64,000 nt of DNA from Planctomycetota bacterium (GTDB lineage: Bacteria; Planctomycetota; UBA1135; UBA2386): the NCBI GenBank assembly GCA_046306335.1, contig JBKDXM010000150.1, positions 30,641 through 94,640 of the forward strand, given 5' to 3'. The notes beneath the pieces were generated by a model. The model searched no databases. It worked only from the letters and a program-made list of their open reading frames with translations, and had not been told where the DNA came from. The position numbers were made by a program, and so were the translations under genes. Numbering within the stretch: the first letter of the stretch is position 1; the number at the start of each line of letters is the position of its first letter. Positions 20,324 through 28,702 of the stretch are shown here, one piece after another.

Positions 20324-21997
20324 TCAGCGGGTGAGCGTCGGGCGACCGCGGTGGTGGTCGGTCTTCTGCTGCCATGCGGCGGCGACGGCGAGCAACGTCG
20401 TCTCGCCGTACAGCGAACCGACCAACTGCAGCATCGCCGGCCGGCCACCGTCGCGTTCGCCGCGACCGACCGGCAGCACGTAGGCCGGGTGGCCGGTGAG
20501 GTTGGTGGCGACGAGCGTCGAGCCGCCGTGCGTCGGCGCGACCATCACGTCGACGCCAGCTAGCGCGCGCTGCATGTCGGCGCACAACTGCGAGCGGGCG
20601 CGGCTCGCCTGCAGGTACTCGACCGCCGGGATCGTGCGCGCGGCGCGGAACTGGTTGGGCCAGTCGTTCGGGCCTTGCCCCGGCAACTGATCGAGCAGGC
20701 CGTTGCGCGTCGCTTCGTCGAAGGCGGCGGCGGCCTCGGCGTGCAGCATCGCCAGCATGGCGCCGTACGGCGCGTCGGGCAGCGTCACCTTGCGCACGCT
20801 GTGGGTGACGCCGCCGAGCCATTCGAGGAATGCCTCGTCCTCGGCGCGCGACGGGAAGCCCTGCTGTTCGACGACGCCGATGCGCACGTACTTCAGGTCG
20901 ACGTCGAGTTCGGCCCGGAAGGGCGCGTCGCGCGCCGCCGGGTCGCGGCCGTCGGCGCCGCGGATCGCGTCGAACACCAGCGCGGCGTCGACGGCGCTGC
21001 GCGCGATCGGGCCGACCTTGTCCATCGTCCACGACAGCGGCATCGCGCCGTGGCGGCTGACGACGCCGAACGTCGGGCGCAGGCCGGCGACGCCGCACTG
21101 CCGGCAAGGCGAGACGATCGAGCCGAGCGTCTCGGTGCCGAGCGCGAACGGCACGAGGCCGGCGGCGACCGCGCTCGCCGACCCCGCCGACGAGCCGCTG
21201 CTGCCCTTCGCCGGGTCGTATGGATTGCGCGTGCGGCCGCCGTGCCACAGGTCGCCCATGGCGAGCGCGCCGAGCGACAGCTTGGCGACCAGCACGGCGC
21301 CCGCGTCGTACAGCTTCTGCAGCGGCGTCGCCGTCGCGTCCCACACGTGGTCGCGCCACGGTGCTGCGCCGAACGTCGTCGGCGCGCCGGGCCAGCCGAA
21401 CAGGTCCTTGGCGCCGTATGGGATGCCGTGCAGCGGCCCGCGGTCGTTGCCGGCGACGAGCTCGGCGTCGAGTTCCTCGGCGCGCGTCAGGGCCTGATCG
21501 CGCAGCAGCGTGACGACGCAGAAGAGCTGCGGGTCGAAGCGCTGCAGCCGGTCGAGCGCGAGTTCCGTCAGTCGCACGCTCGTCAGCTTGCGCTGGCGCA
21601 GCAGGCTGGCGAGGTCGAGCAGCGGCGCGAAGGCGAGGTCGGCGTCGTTCGCGGGCAGTGGCGCGTCCTGCGGGATGGTCAGCGTCGCCTTCGGTGTCCA
21701 CTGCGGCCGGCTGGCGCCCGGCGGCAGCGGGTCGAAGATCGCGCACGGCGGCAGGGAGAACGGCAACGGCGCCTTGCGCACCGCGTCGTAGCCGTCGCGC
21801 AGTTCCCGCAACCGGCCGACGGCCAAGCGGCGTTGCGCCTCGTCGAACGACAGGCCGGCGAGCCGGCCGGCTGCCGCCAGGTCCTCGGCCTCGTCGGGAC
21901 GCAGGCGGGGCGCTGAGGGCAGCGCCAACGGCGCGGTGGCGCCGAACAGGAACGCGCGGCGGTCGCGGCGCGCGGACGAGGCTGGGGGCGTGGTCAT
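20324..21997 (-). CDS. Amidase signature family protein
   Basis: GPLHGIPYGAKDLF, GSSGSSAGSASAVAAG, GTETLGSI.SP, G..GLRPTFG.VSRHG. N-terminal RRAFL is Tat-like. Confidence 0.92.
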   Translation of the reverse strand: MTTPPASSARRDRRAFLFGATAPLALPSAPRLRPDEAEDLAAAGRLAGLSFDEAQRRLAVGRLRELRDGYDAVRKAPLPFSLPPCAIFDPLPPGASRPQWTPKATLTIPQDAPLPANDADLAFAPLLDLASLLRQRKLTSVRLTELALDRLQRFDPQLFCVVTLLRDQALTRAEELDAELVAGNDRGPLHGIPYGAKDLFGWPGAPTTFGAAPWRDHVWDATATPLQKLYDAGAVLVAKLSLGALAMGDLWHGGRTRNPYDPAKGSSGSSAGSASAVAAGLVPFALGTETLGSIVSPCRQCGVAGLRPTFGVVSRHGAMPLSWTMDKVGPIARSAVDAALVFDAIRGADGRDPAARDAPFRAELDVDLKYVRIGVVEQQGFPSRAEDEAFLEWLGGVTHSVRKVTLPDAPYGAMLAMLHAEAAAAFDEATRNGLLDQLPGQGPNDWPNQFRAARTIPAVEYLQASRARSQLCADMQRALAGVDVMVAPTHGGSTLVATNLTGHPAYVLPVGRGERDGGRPAMLQLVGSLYGETTLLAVAAAWQQKTDHHRGRPTLTR

Positions 21998-22091
21998 CGG
22001 CAACAGGGCGGAAGTCGGCAAGGCCACGTTGGCCCGGTCCGCCGCGCGTCGTATCCTCACCCGGCTCGTTTCCTCCACCAACGACCCTCTG

Positions 22092-23723
22092 ATGTTCCTC
22101 CGGCCGCTGCCGTTCGTTCTCTTCGCCGCCGCGCTCTTCGCCCAAGCTCCCGCCGAGACGGCGCCGGCCGCGCCCGCGGCGCCGCCGGCCGCGATGGCGA
22201 CGATCGGCAGGGACGAACTGCTCGCCCACGCGACCTACCTCGCCAGCGACGAGTTGCAGGGCCGGCTGACCGGCTCGCCCGGCCAGTTGGCGGCGGCGAC
22301 CTACATCCAGAAGCACTTCGCGGCGCTTGGCCTCGAACCGCTCGGCGACGAGAAGGACGGCGCCCGCGGTTGGTTCCAGCACTACGGCGTCCGCCGCACC
22401 TACGTGACGCCGGCGACGAAGCTGCTGCTCGGCGGGCTCGCGCTGACGGACGGATTCGCGGTGCTCGGCGGCCAGGCGCAGCAGTTCGCGCACAAGGGCG
22501 AATTGCGCTTCTGCGGGCTCGGCCGCGTGCGCGGCGACAACGCGGACATCGGTCCCGACGAGTCGCTGGCGGGCACGGTCGCCGTCGTCGTCGCGCGCGC
22601 GCCCAAGGGGCGCGTCGACGGCCAGCTCACCGTCGAGCAGAAGTTCGGCATGTCGTTCCAGACCTTCAACCAGATGAGCACGACGGCCAAGGCGCTGGGC
22701 AAGAAGGGCGCCGCGGCGGTCGTGTTCGTGCAGCTGCGGGACCGCTACGGCCTGTCGGACGTGCTCAACTACCTCGCGGTGGCGCCGGGCAAGGACTCGC
22801 TGCAGGCGCGCTTCGCCGGCGGCGAGGACGGCATGGGCGGGCTCGGCGCGATGCTCGGCGGCGGCTCGACCCCGACGGTCGTGCTGTCGCAGCCGGCGAG
22901 CGCCAAGCTGCTCGGTGAACTCGGGCTGCAGCCCGACACGGTCGCGGACTTCGTCGCCGAAGGCGGCAAGCGCCCCGTCGCCAAGGCCGGCGTCGTCGCC
23001 GAGATGACGCTGGGCGTGGCCGTCGACGAGGCGGCCACGGCGTGCAACGTCGTCGCGGTGCTGCGCGGCAGCGACCCGGAACTCGCCAAGGAGGCGATCG
23101 TCTACAGCGCCCACATGGACCACGTCGGCACGCGCATCGACGGCGAGGTCTTCAACGGCGCGGACGACAACGCGTCGGGTTCGTCGGGCCTGCTGGCGAT
23201 CGCCTCGGCCTTCGCCAAGTCGGCGCAGAAGCCGAAGCGCAGCGTGATCTTCCTCTCCGTCTCCGGCGAGGAACTCGGTCTCTGGGGCTCGGCGTACTAC
23301 GCGGACAATCCGACGTGGGCGGCCGACCGGATCGTCGCCAACGTCAACACGGACATGATCGGCCGCAGCGGGCCGGAGGCGGGCGCCGACGAGATCACCG
23401 TCACCCCCAGCCACAAGCACGCCATGTTCTCCACGATCGTGCGCGACGCAGCGACGTTCGCCGACGTCATGGGCCTGACGTTCACTTCGGGCGACAAGTA
23501 CTACATGCGCAGCGATCACTACAACTTCGCCAAGAAGGGCATTCCGGTGGTGTTCTTCTGCAACGGCGAGCACGAGGACTACCACCAGGTCACCGACCAC
23601 GCCGACAAGCTCGACGGCGGCAAGATGGAGCGGATCGCGCGGCTGGCGTTCTGGACCGGCTGGGCGGTCGCCAACGCCGACGCCAAGCCGGCGAAGCTCG
23701 GCAAGCAGCCGGCATGGCGCTGA
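22092..23723 (+). CDS. M28 family peptidase with PA-type insert and signal peptide
   Basis: YLASDELQGR, SAHMDHVG, NGADDNASG, GEELGLWGS, NTDMIGR, RSDHYNF, YHQVTD. Confidence 0.92.
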   Translation: MFLRPLPFVLFAAALFAQAPAETAPAAPAAPPAAMATIGRDELLAHATYLASDELQGRLTGSPGQLAAATYIQKHFAALGLEPLGDEKDGARGWFQHYGVRRTYVTPATKLLLGGLALTDGFAVLGGQAQQFAHKGELRFCGLGRVRGDNADIGPDESLAGTVAVVVARAPKGRVDGQLTVEQKFGMSFQTFNQMSTTAKALGKKGAAAVVFVQLRDRYGLSDVLNYLAVAPGKDSLQARFAGGEDGMGGLGAMLGGGSTPTVVLSQPASAKLLGELGLQPDTVADFVAEGGKRPVAKAGVVAEMTLGVAVDEAATACNVVAVLRGSDPELAKEAIVYSAHMDHVGTRIDGEVFNGADDNASGSSGLLAIASAFAKSAQKPKRSVIFLSVSGEELGLWGSAYYADNPTWAADRIVANVNTDMIGRSGPEAGADEITVTPSHKHAMFSTIVRDAATFADVMGLTFTSGDKYYMRSDHYNFAKKGIPVVFFCNGEHEDYHQVTDHADKLDGGKMERIARLAFWTGWAVANADAKPAKLGKQPAWR

Positions 23724-23927
23724 GAGCCAGAGAGAGGATCATCCTGCAGGCGCCCGGGATGCCCCTGGTGCCGCCACGCAGCGCCCGACGAATGGTTGTT
23801 GCGCAGGCCATGAGCGCGAGAGCCGACGACGTCCCGTTCGCAGCCTTCGCGTCGCCAACCGTCATCGACCCGGTCGCGCTATCGCGACCAAACCCTGCCG
23901 AGCCCGGTCTCCGGGTGCCATCGCGCC

Positions 23928-24335
23928 ATGCGCCACCAATCGCCTGAGGTCGCTGCGTTCCTAGCCGTCGGTTCGTTCGCCGTCGTCGGCGCGTCCCTCG
24001 ACCGCGCCAAGTACGGCAACAAGGTGCTGCGCTGCTACCAGCAGCACGGCTTGCCGGTCGTCGGCGTGCATCCGAAGTTGACCGCGTGCGAGGGCGCGCC
24101 CGTGCACGCGTCGCTCGCCGCCGTCCCTGGCGCGCCGCGCGCCGTTTCGATCGTGGCTCCGCCCGCGGCCGCCGCCGGCATCGTGCAGGACGCGATCGCG
24201 GCCGGCTGCCGCCGACTGTGGTTCCAGCCGGGCGCCGAGGACGCCGGAGCGATCGCCGCGGCGCGCGCGGCCGGCCTGTCGGTGATCGCCGACGGCCCGT
24301 GCGTGCTGGTAGCGCTCGGCTTCCGCGACGCGTGA
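23928..24335 (+). CDS. CoA-binding protein (YccU-like)
   Basis: AVVGAS.DR.KYG, VHP, LWFQPGAE, GPCVLV. Confidence 0.88.
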   Translation: MRHQSPEVAAFLAVGSFAVVGASLDRAKYGNKVLRCYQQHGLPVVGVHPKLTACEGAPVHASLAAVPGAPRAVSIVAPPAAAAGIVQDAIAAGCRRLWFQPGAEDAGAIAAARAAGLSVIADGPCVLVALGFRDA

Positions 24336-24387
24336 GCGGCGGCCGGTCGAGGTTGTGCCGGATCGCAGCGCCGGCTAGCAATCGGGC

Positions 24388-25098
24388 ATGAGCCTCGATC
24401 GCGCCACGAAGGCCGCCGTCGCCGAACTCGATCGCCTGCGCTTCTCGCCGCCGGTGGCGTGCGTCTACGACCCGCTCGACTACGCTTGGCCCTTGCACGA
24501 ACAGTGGCTGCGGCGGTTCGGCCAGGGCCGCAAGGAAGTGCTGCTGCTCGGCATGAATCCAGGCCCCTTCGGCATGGTGCAGACCGGCGTGCCATTCGGG
24601 GAGGTGGCGGCGGTCCGCGACTTCCTCGGCCTGCGCGGCGAGGTCCGCCGACCGGCGACCATGCACCGCAAGCGACCGATCGAAGGCTTGGCGTGCCGGC
24701 GCGCGGAGGTCAGCGGCCGCCGGCTGTGGGGCTGGGTGCGCGATCGCTTCGGCACGCCGGACGCGTTCGCCGCGCGGTTCTTCGTCGCCAACTACTGTCC
24801 GCTCGCCTTCCTCGGCGAGAGCGGCGCCAACCTGACGCCGGACAAGCTGCCCAAGGCCGAGACCGCACCGTTGTTCGCCATCTGCGACCGCCTGCTCACC
24901 GCGGTCGTCGAGTCGACCCGGCCGCAGTGGGTGGTGGGCGTCGGCGCCTTCGCCGAGGCGCGGGCGCGGGCCGTGCTCGGCGAGCGCGTGCGCATCGGCC
25001 GCCTGCCGCATCCCAGTCCGGCCAGCCCGGCGGCCAATCGCGGCTGGGAGAAGCTGGCTGACGAGGCCTTCGCCGCGCTCGGGATCGCGGTGCCCTGA
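24388..25098 (+). CDS. SMUG1-type (family 3) uracil-DNA glycosylase
   Basis: GMNPGPFGMVQTGVPFG, EVSGRRLW, NYCPL.F, N.TPDKL, HPSPASP.AN. Confidence 0.93.
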   Translation: MSLDRATKAAVAELDRLRFSPPVACVYDPLDYAWPLHEQWLRRFGQGRKEVLLLGMNPGPFGMVQTGVPFGEVAAVRDFLGLRGEVRRPATMHRKRPIEGLACRRAEVSGRRLWGWVRDRFGTPDAFAARFFVANYCPLAFLGESGANLTPDKLPKAETAPLFAICDRLLTAVVESTRPQWVVGVGAFAEARARAVLGERVRIGRLPHPSPASPAANRGWEKLADEAFAALGIAVP

Positions 25099-25116
25099 GC
25101 GGGCTCGTCGGAGCGT

Positions 25117-25737
25117 TCAGGCCTGGAAGCAGGCCGGCGGCCGCCGCAGCCGGCCGAGGTGCTCGCGCAGCGCGGTGAACAGGCGCTTGCGAGCGCGCAT
25201 GATCCGGATCGCGACCGTTCCGGTCGGCAAGCCCAGCAGCTTCCCCGCGTCCTCGTACGTGCGTTCTTGCCGCACGCAGAGCTCGAAGACGCTGCGGTAG
25301 TGCGGCGGCAGGCCGTCGAGCGCTGCCTGGAACGCCGCCATGAACTCGGCTTCTTCGAGGCTCCGGTCGTGCGCCGGCGCCGCCACCTGATCGAAGGGAC
25401 AGTCTTCCGTGGCCAGGCTGCTGACGGGACGCGGCCGCCGCAGGCGCGCCCGGATGGTGGTCAGCGCCTGGTTGCGCGCCACCTCGAACAGCCAGGCCCG
25501 GAAGTTGGTCCCGAGGCGGTATAGATGCCGCTTGACCAGCACCTTCTCGAACACCTCCTGGGTCACGTCCTGGGCGAGGTGCGCGTCGCGCAGCATGCCG
25601 ACGGCGAGGTGGTAGAGGCGCTTGCCGTAGCGGCGCTCCAACTCCGTCAGCGGCGCGGCGGTGTCGCCAGCTTGCATGCGGGCGATCAGGTCCTCGTCGG
25701 TCTGCAGGTCGTCGGGCAGCTCGGTTCCGGCGTCCAT
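25117..25737 (-). CDS. ECF-type RNA polymerase sigma-70 factor
   Basis: Region 2 DEDLI...AQDVTQEVF...FRAWLFEVARN and region 4 LPPHYRSVF.L...YEDAGKLLGLPTGTV...RARKRL. Confidence 0.92.
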   Translation of the reverse strand: MDAGTELPDDLQTDEDLIARMQAGDTAAPLTELERRYGKRLYHLAVGMLRDAHLAQDVTQEVFEKVLVKRHLYRLGTNFRAWLFEVARNQALTTIRARLRRPRPVSSLATEDCPFDQVAAPAHDRSLEEAEFMAAFQAALDGLPPHYRSVFELCVRQERTYEDAGKLLGLPTGTVAIRIMRARKRLFTALREHLGRLRRPPACFQA

Positions 25738-25748
25738 GGCGGGCTTAG

Positions 25749-25764
25749 TGCAATCGGCGTGCCA
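25749..25764 (-). promoter_or_regulatory. Sigma54 -24/-12 promoter of the ECF sigma gene
   Basis: Minus strand reads TGGCACG-CCGA-TTGCA, an exact match to TGGCACG-N4-TTGCW with GG-N10-GC spacing, in an intergenic position. Confidence 0.85.
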
Positions 25765-25937
25765 CCTCACATACGATGTCGGTAGTATTCACAACCCATT
25801 GTCGATCATCGACTAATGGGCTTCACGCTGCCCGCGCGATGGCGCGGTGCCGCAACGCTGCGGCAGCGGATGCCGCCGCCCGTCGGCAGCGGGCTGGCCG
25901 GCCGCGCCGCGTCGTCCGCGGCCGCTCGCGACGGCGG

Positions 25938-26909
25938 TCAGACCGGAAAGAAGCTGGCGCCGCCGTCGAGGGCGGCGTCGAGGAGCGCGAGGTTGGCGCT
26001 CAGCCGCGGATCCTCTTCGCCGAAGGTGAGGTAGCCCCAGCGCAGGCGGCGCAGCGCGAGGTGCACGACGGCGGCGCGGATGCCCCATTCCGAACGGATG
26101 CGATCGCCGCCGTGCTGGCCGCCGAACCACCGCCCCAGCAGTTGGCGCTTCCATTCCGGGTGGCGCTGGCAGCGGATCCAGAACGTCGCGAAGTCGTGGT
26201 CGCGGTTGCCGATGCCGACGCACTCGAAGTCGACGAGGTGCGGCAGTCCGTCCTCGGTGACGACGATGTTGCTCTCGCAGAAGTCGCCGTGCACGAGGAC
26301 GTGCTTGCGGCCGTCGGTCCAGCGCACCGCTTCGCCGAAGAAACGCTGGATGGCCCGCCAGCGGGCTTCGCCGACGACGAACAGCACGGCGTCGTACATC
26401 GCCCGGATCTGGTCGAGGTAGGCGATCGGGTCCCAGTGTTCGAGCGGGAAGCTGCGCCGTCCGATCAGCCGGTCCGTCGGCATCGCCGCCAGCTTGCGCA
26501 GCAATTCGACGGCGTGCTCCTGGCCGATGACCTCCTCGGCGGGACCCGCGGCGAGCGGCAGCCATTCCAGCAGGATCCAGCGCGGCGGATCACCGGGGCC
26601 GTAGGCGATCGTGCGGGGCGCAGGAAAGTCGCGCCGCTGCGGATCGACGCTGTCCAGGTAGCGGTAGAAGCCGCTCTCGCGGCGGCCGAAGTCGGCAGCG
26701 CCGGCGCCGGGCGGCAGGATCGCTGCCTCGGGCAGCGGCAGGTAGAGCTTCAGCAGGAACCGCTTGCCCGCGGCGCCGGTCGCCAGCACCGGCAACGAGG
26801 TGCGCTGCGCCGACATCAAGCCGTGCGGCTGCTCCTGGGCGGCGAGACCGAGTTCGGCGAGGACCTCGCGGGCTTGCTGCCACTGGGCGGCGGTGGGTGG
26901 TTGGTTCAC
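25938..26909 (-). CDS. Aminoglycoside phosphotransferase-like (APH/choline kinase fold) kinase
   Basis: FLLK, RE, LLEWL, catalytic LVHGDF..SN, VDFE. Start uncertain (GTG 26909 or TTG/ATG further upstream). Confidence 0.78.
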   Translation of the reverse strand: MNQPPTAAQWQQAREVLAELGLAAQEQPHGLMSAQRTSLPVLATGAAGKRFLLKLYLPLPEAAILPPGAGAADFGRRESGFYRYLDSVDPQRRDFPAPRTIAYGPGDPPRWILLEWLPLAAGPAEEVIGQEHAVELLRKLAAMPTDRLIGRRSFPLEHWDPIAYLDQIRAMYDAVLFVVGEARWRAIQRFFGEAVRWTDGRKHVLVHGDFCESNIVVTEDGLPHLVDFECVGIGNRDHDFATFWIRCQRHPEWKRQLLGRWFGGQHGGDRIRSEWGIRAAVVHLALRRLRWGYLTFGEEDPRLSANLALLDAALDGGASFFPV

Positions 26910-27088
26910 TTGCGGGCGGGGAGTGCGAGCGGCCGATGCCACGGGCGCCTTGGAGGCGGCGACCGGGCGGTCGGCCCGCGTGTTCTAGGCCATCGTCGCC
27001 GATGGACGCCATACCAGACCGCCGCCGGACCATGGATCGGCTGGAAGCCGTCAAGAACGCTGCCCGCCGTTGACGAAACCGCCACCAG

Positions 27089-28693
27089 ATGTCCCCAGAA
27101 GTGCCACCCGATCCGGTCGGCGTGACCGTGCCGTGTCCTGCGTTCGCGCCGGGTGGCGGTGCGGCGTCGACGGACGGCAGCCCGACCGCTGGCGTGCCGG
27201 CGGCCACCGGCCCGGTGGACGGTGGCCCGGTCGACGGCGGCCCGGTCGACGGTGGCCCGGTCGACGGCGGCCCGGTCGCGGCGGGGGCCGACGCGGCAGC
27301 GACTGGCAGCGCCACCAACGCAACGATGGCCAGCGGCGTCGATCTCGGCGCGACGCTGCGCGAGCGTATCCACACGCTGGTCGACGGCCTCGTCCGCAAC
27401 GACGATACGGCGTTCGAGGAGGCCTTCATCGACCTGTCGGTCTCCGTGCGCGGCCTCGTCGAGCGCAAGCTGCGCATGGAGGGCAGCAAGAGCGAGACCC
27501 GCGACGTGCTCGGCGAGCTGATCTTCACCCGCCTGCGACAGGGCATGCTGCAGTTCGCGTCGCGCGACGACGCCCGCGAGGCCGAGAAGGCGGCGTTGTG
27601 GGCGATGGCGACGATGTTCTCGGTGCGCACCCTCACCGAGTTCGCGCGCGCGTTCGACGAGTCGCTGCTGCGCGCGACCGCCGCCTCGCGCGACTTCAAC
27701 CTCGCCAGCCGCACCGACTTCATCAGCATCGAGGAGATGCTGCAGATGCTCGCGACGGGCAAGCACATCGGCTGCCTCTCGTTGGAGAAGGGCGACAACC
27801 GCCTCGACATCTACCTCAAGGAGGGGCGGATCGTGCTGCTGGACCCGCATCGCCTCAACCGCCGCGTCATGCCCGGCGCCAACGTCATGCGCCATCGCGA
27901 GATCCCCGAGGCCGTGGTGCATGAGGCGGAGTCGCGCCGCGTCAGCGAGGGCGTGCCGGCGCTGCTGACGCTGGCCGAGCGCGGCGTGTTCAAGGACGAC
28001 GAGGTCCGCGACCAGCTGCGCGCCTTCGGCAAGGAGTCCCTGTTCGAGTTCATGCGCGAGGAGGAGCCCTACGCCTTCCACTACAAGCGGCTCGACGTCC
28101 TGCCGCCGCGCATCGAGGCCAACGACATCCGTCTCGGCGTGACCTCGACGCTCTTGGAAGGCAGCAAGCTCAACGACGACTGGAAGCAGCTGCAGAAGGT
28201 CTATCCGGATCCTGATGCGCCGATCGAGCCGCGCGCCGACATGTACGCACGCATGGCGAACGTCACGCTCGGGGTCCTGGAGATCAAGCTGCTGACGCAG
28301 CTGCAAGGCGACACCACGCCGAGGAACCTCGTCGGCCAGCTCGGCCTGCCGCTCTTCGACATCTACCTGATGCTCGCACGGCTGATCAAGGAGGGCATCC
28401 TCACCCCCGGTAGCGGCGCGCGCGCCGTCGAACACGTTCCCGACGAACCGGCCCCCGTCGGCGTCACGCAATCGGTTGCCCAGGCCATCCAGGCGCTCGA
28501 CGCCAACGATGACAAGAAGGCACGCACCAGCGCGATCGATCGGGTGCTCGGCGACGCGCCGCCCAAGTCGACGATGAACGCGCTCGATCGCGTCCTCGGC
28601 GGCCTCGACGAGACCTTGCGTCGCAAGAACCAGCCCCGCCCCGGCGGCGGCGACGACGACCTGCTCGGCTTGATGAAGAAGCCGAACAGCTGA
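27089..28693 (+). CDS. DUF4388 (PatA-N-like) domain protein
   Basis: DFISIEEMLQMLATGKHIGCLSL....IYLKEGRI and LLEG...D.W..L fit DUF4388. The real start may be ATG27326, because the first 79 codons are low-complexity. Confidence 0.72.
   Translation: MSPEVPPDPVGVTVPCPAFAPGGGAASTDGSPTAGVPAATGPVDGGPVDGGPVDGGPVDGGPVAAGADAAATGSATNATMASGVDLGATLRERIHTLVDGLVRNDDTAFEEAFIDLSVSVRGLVERKLRMEGSKSETRDVLGELIFTRLRQGMLQFASRDDAREAEKAALWAMATMFSVRTLTEFARAFDESLLRATAASRDFNLASRTDFISIEEMLQMLATGKHIGCLSLEKGDNRLDIYLKEGRIVLLDPHRLNRRVMPGANVMRHREIPEAVVHEAESRRVSEGVPALLTLAERGVFKDDEVRDQLRAFGKESLFEFMREEEPYAFHYKRLDVLPPRIEANDIRLGVTSTLLEGSKLNDDWKQLQKVYPDPDAPIEPRADMYARMANVTLGVLEIKLLTQLQGDTTPRNLVGQLGLPLFDIYLMLARLIKEGILTPGSGARAVEHVPDEPAPVGVTQSVAQAIQALDANDDKKARTSAIDRVLGDAPPKSTMNALDRVLGGLDETLRRKNQPRPGGGDDDLLGLMKKPNS
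27209..27278. repeat. 15-bp tandem repeat GGCCCGGTCGACGGY, about 4.7 copies
   Basis: Units start at 27209, 27224, 27239 and 27254, with a partial unit at 27269. Encodes GPVDG repeats if translated. Confidence 0.9.
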
Positions 28694-28702
28694 GCGTCCG
28701 AG

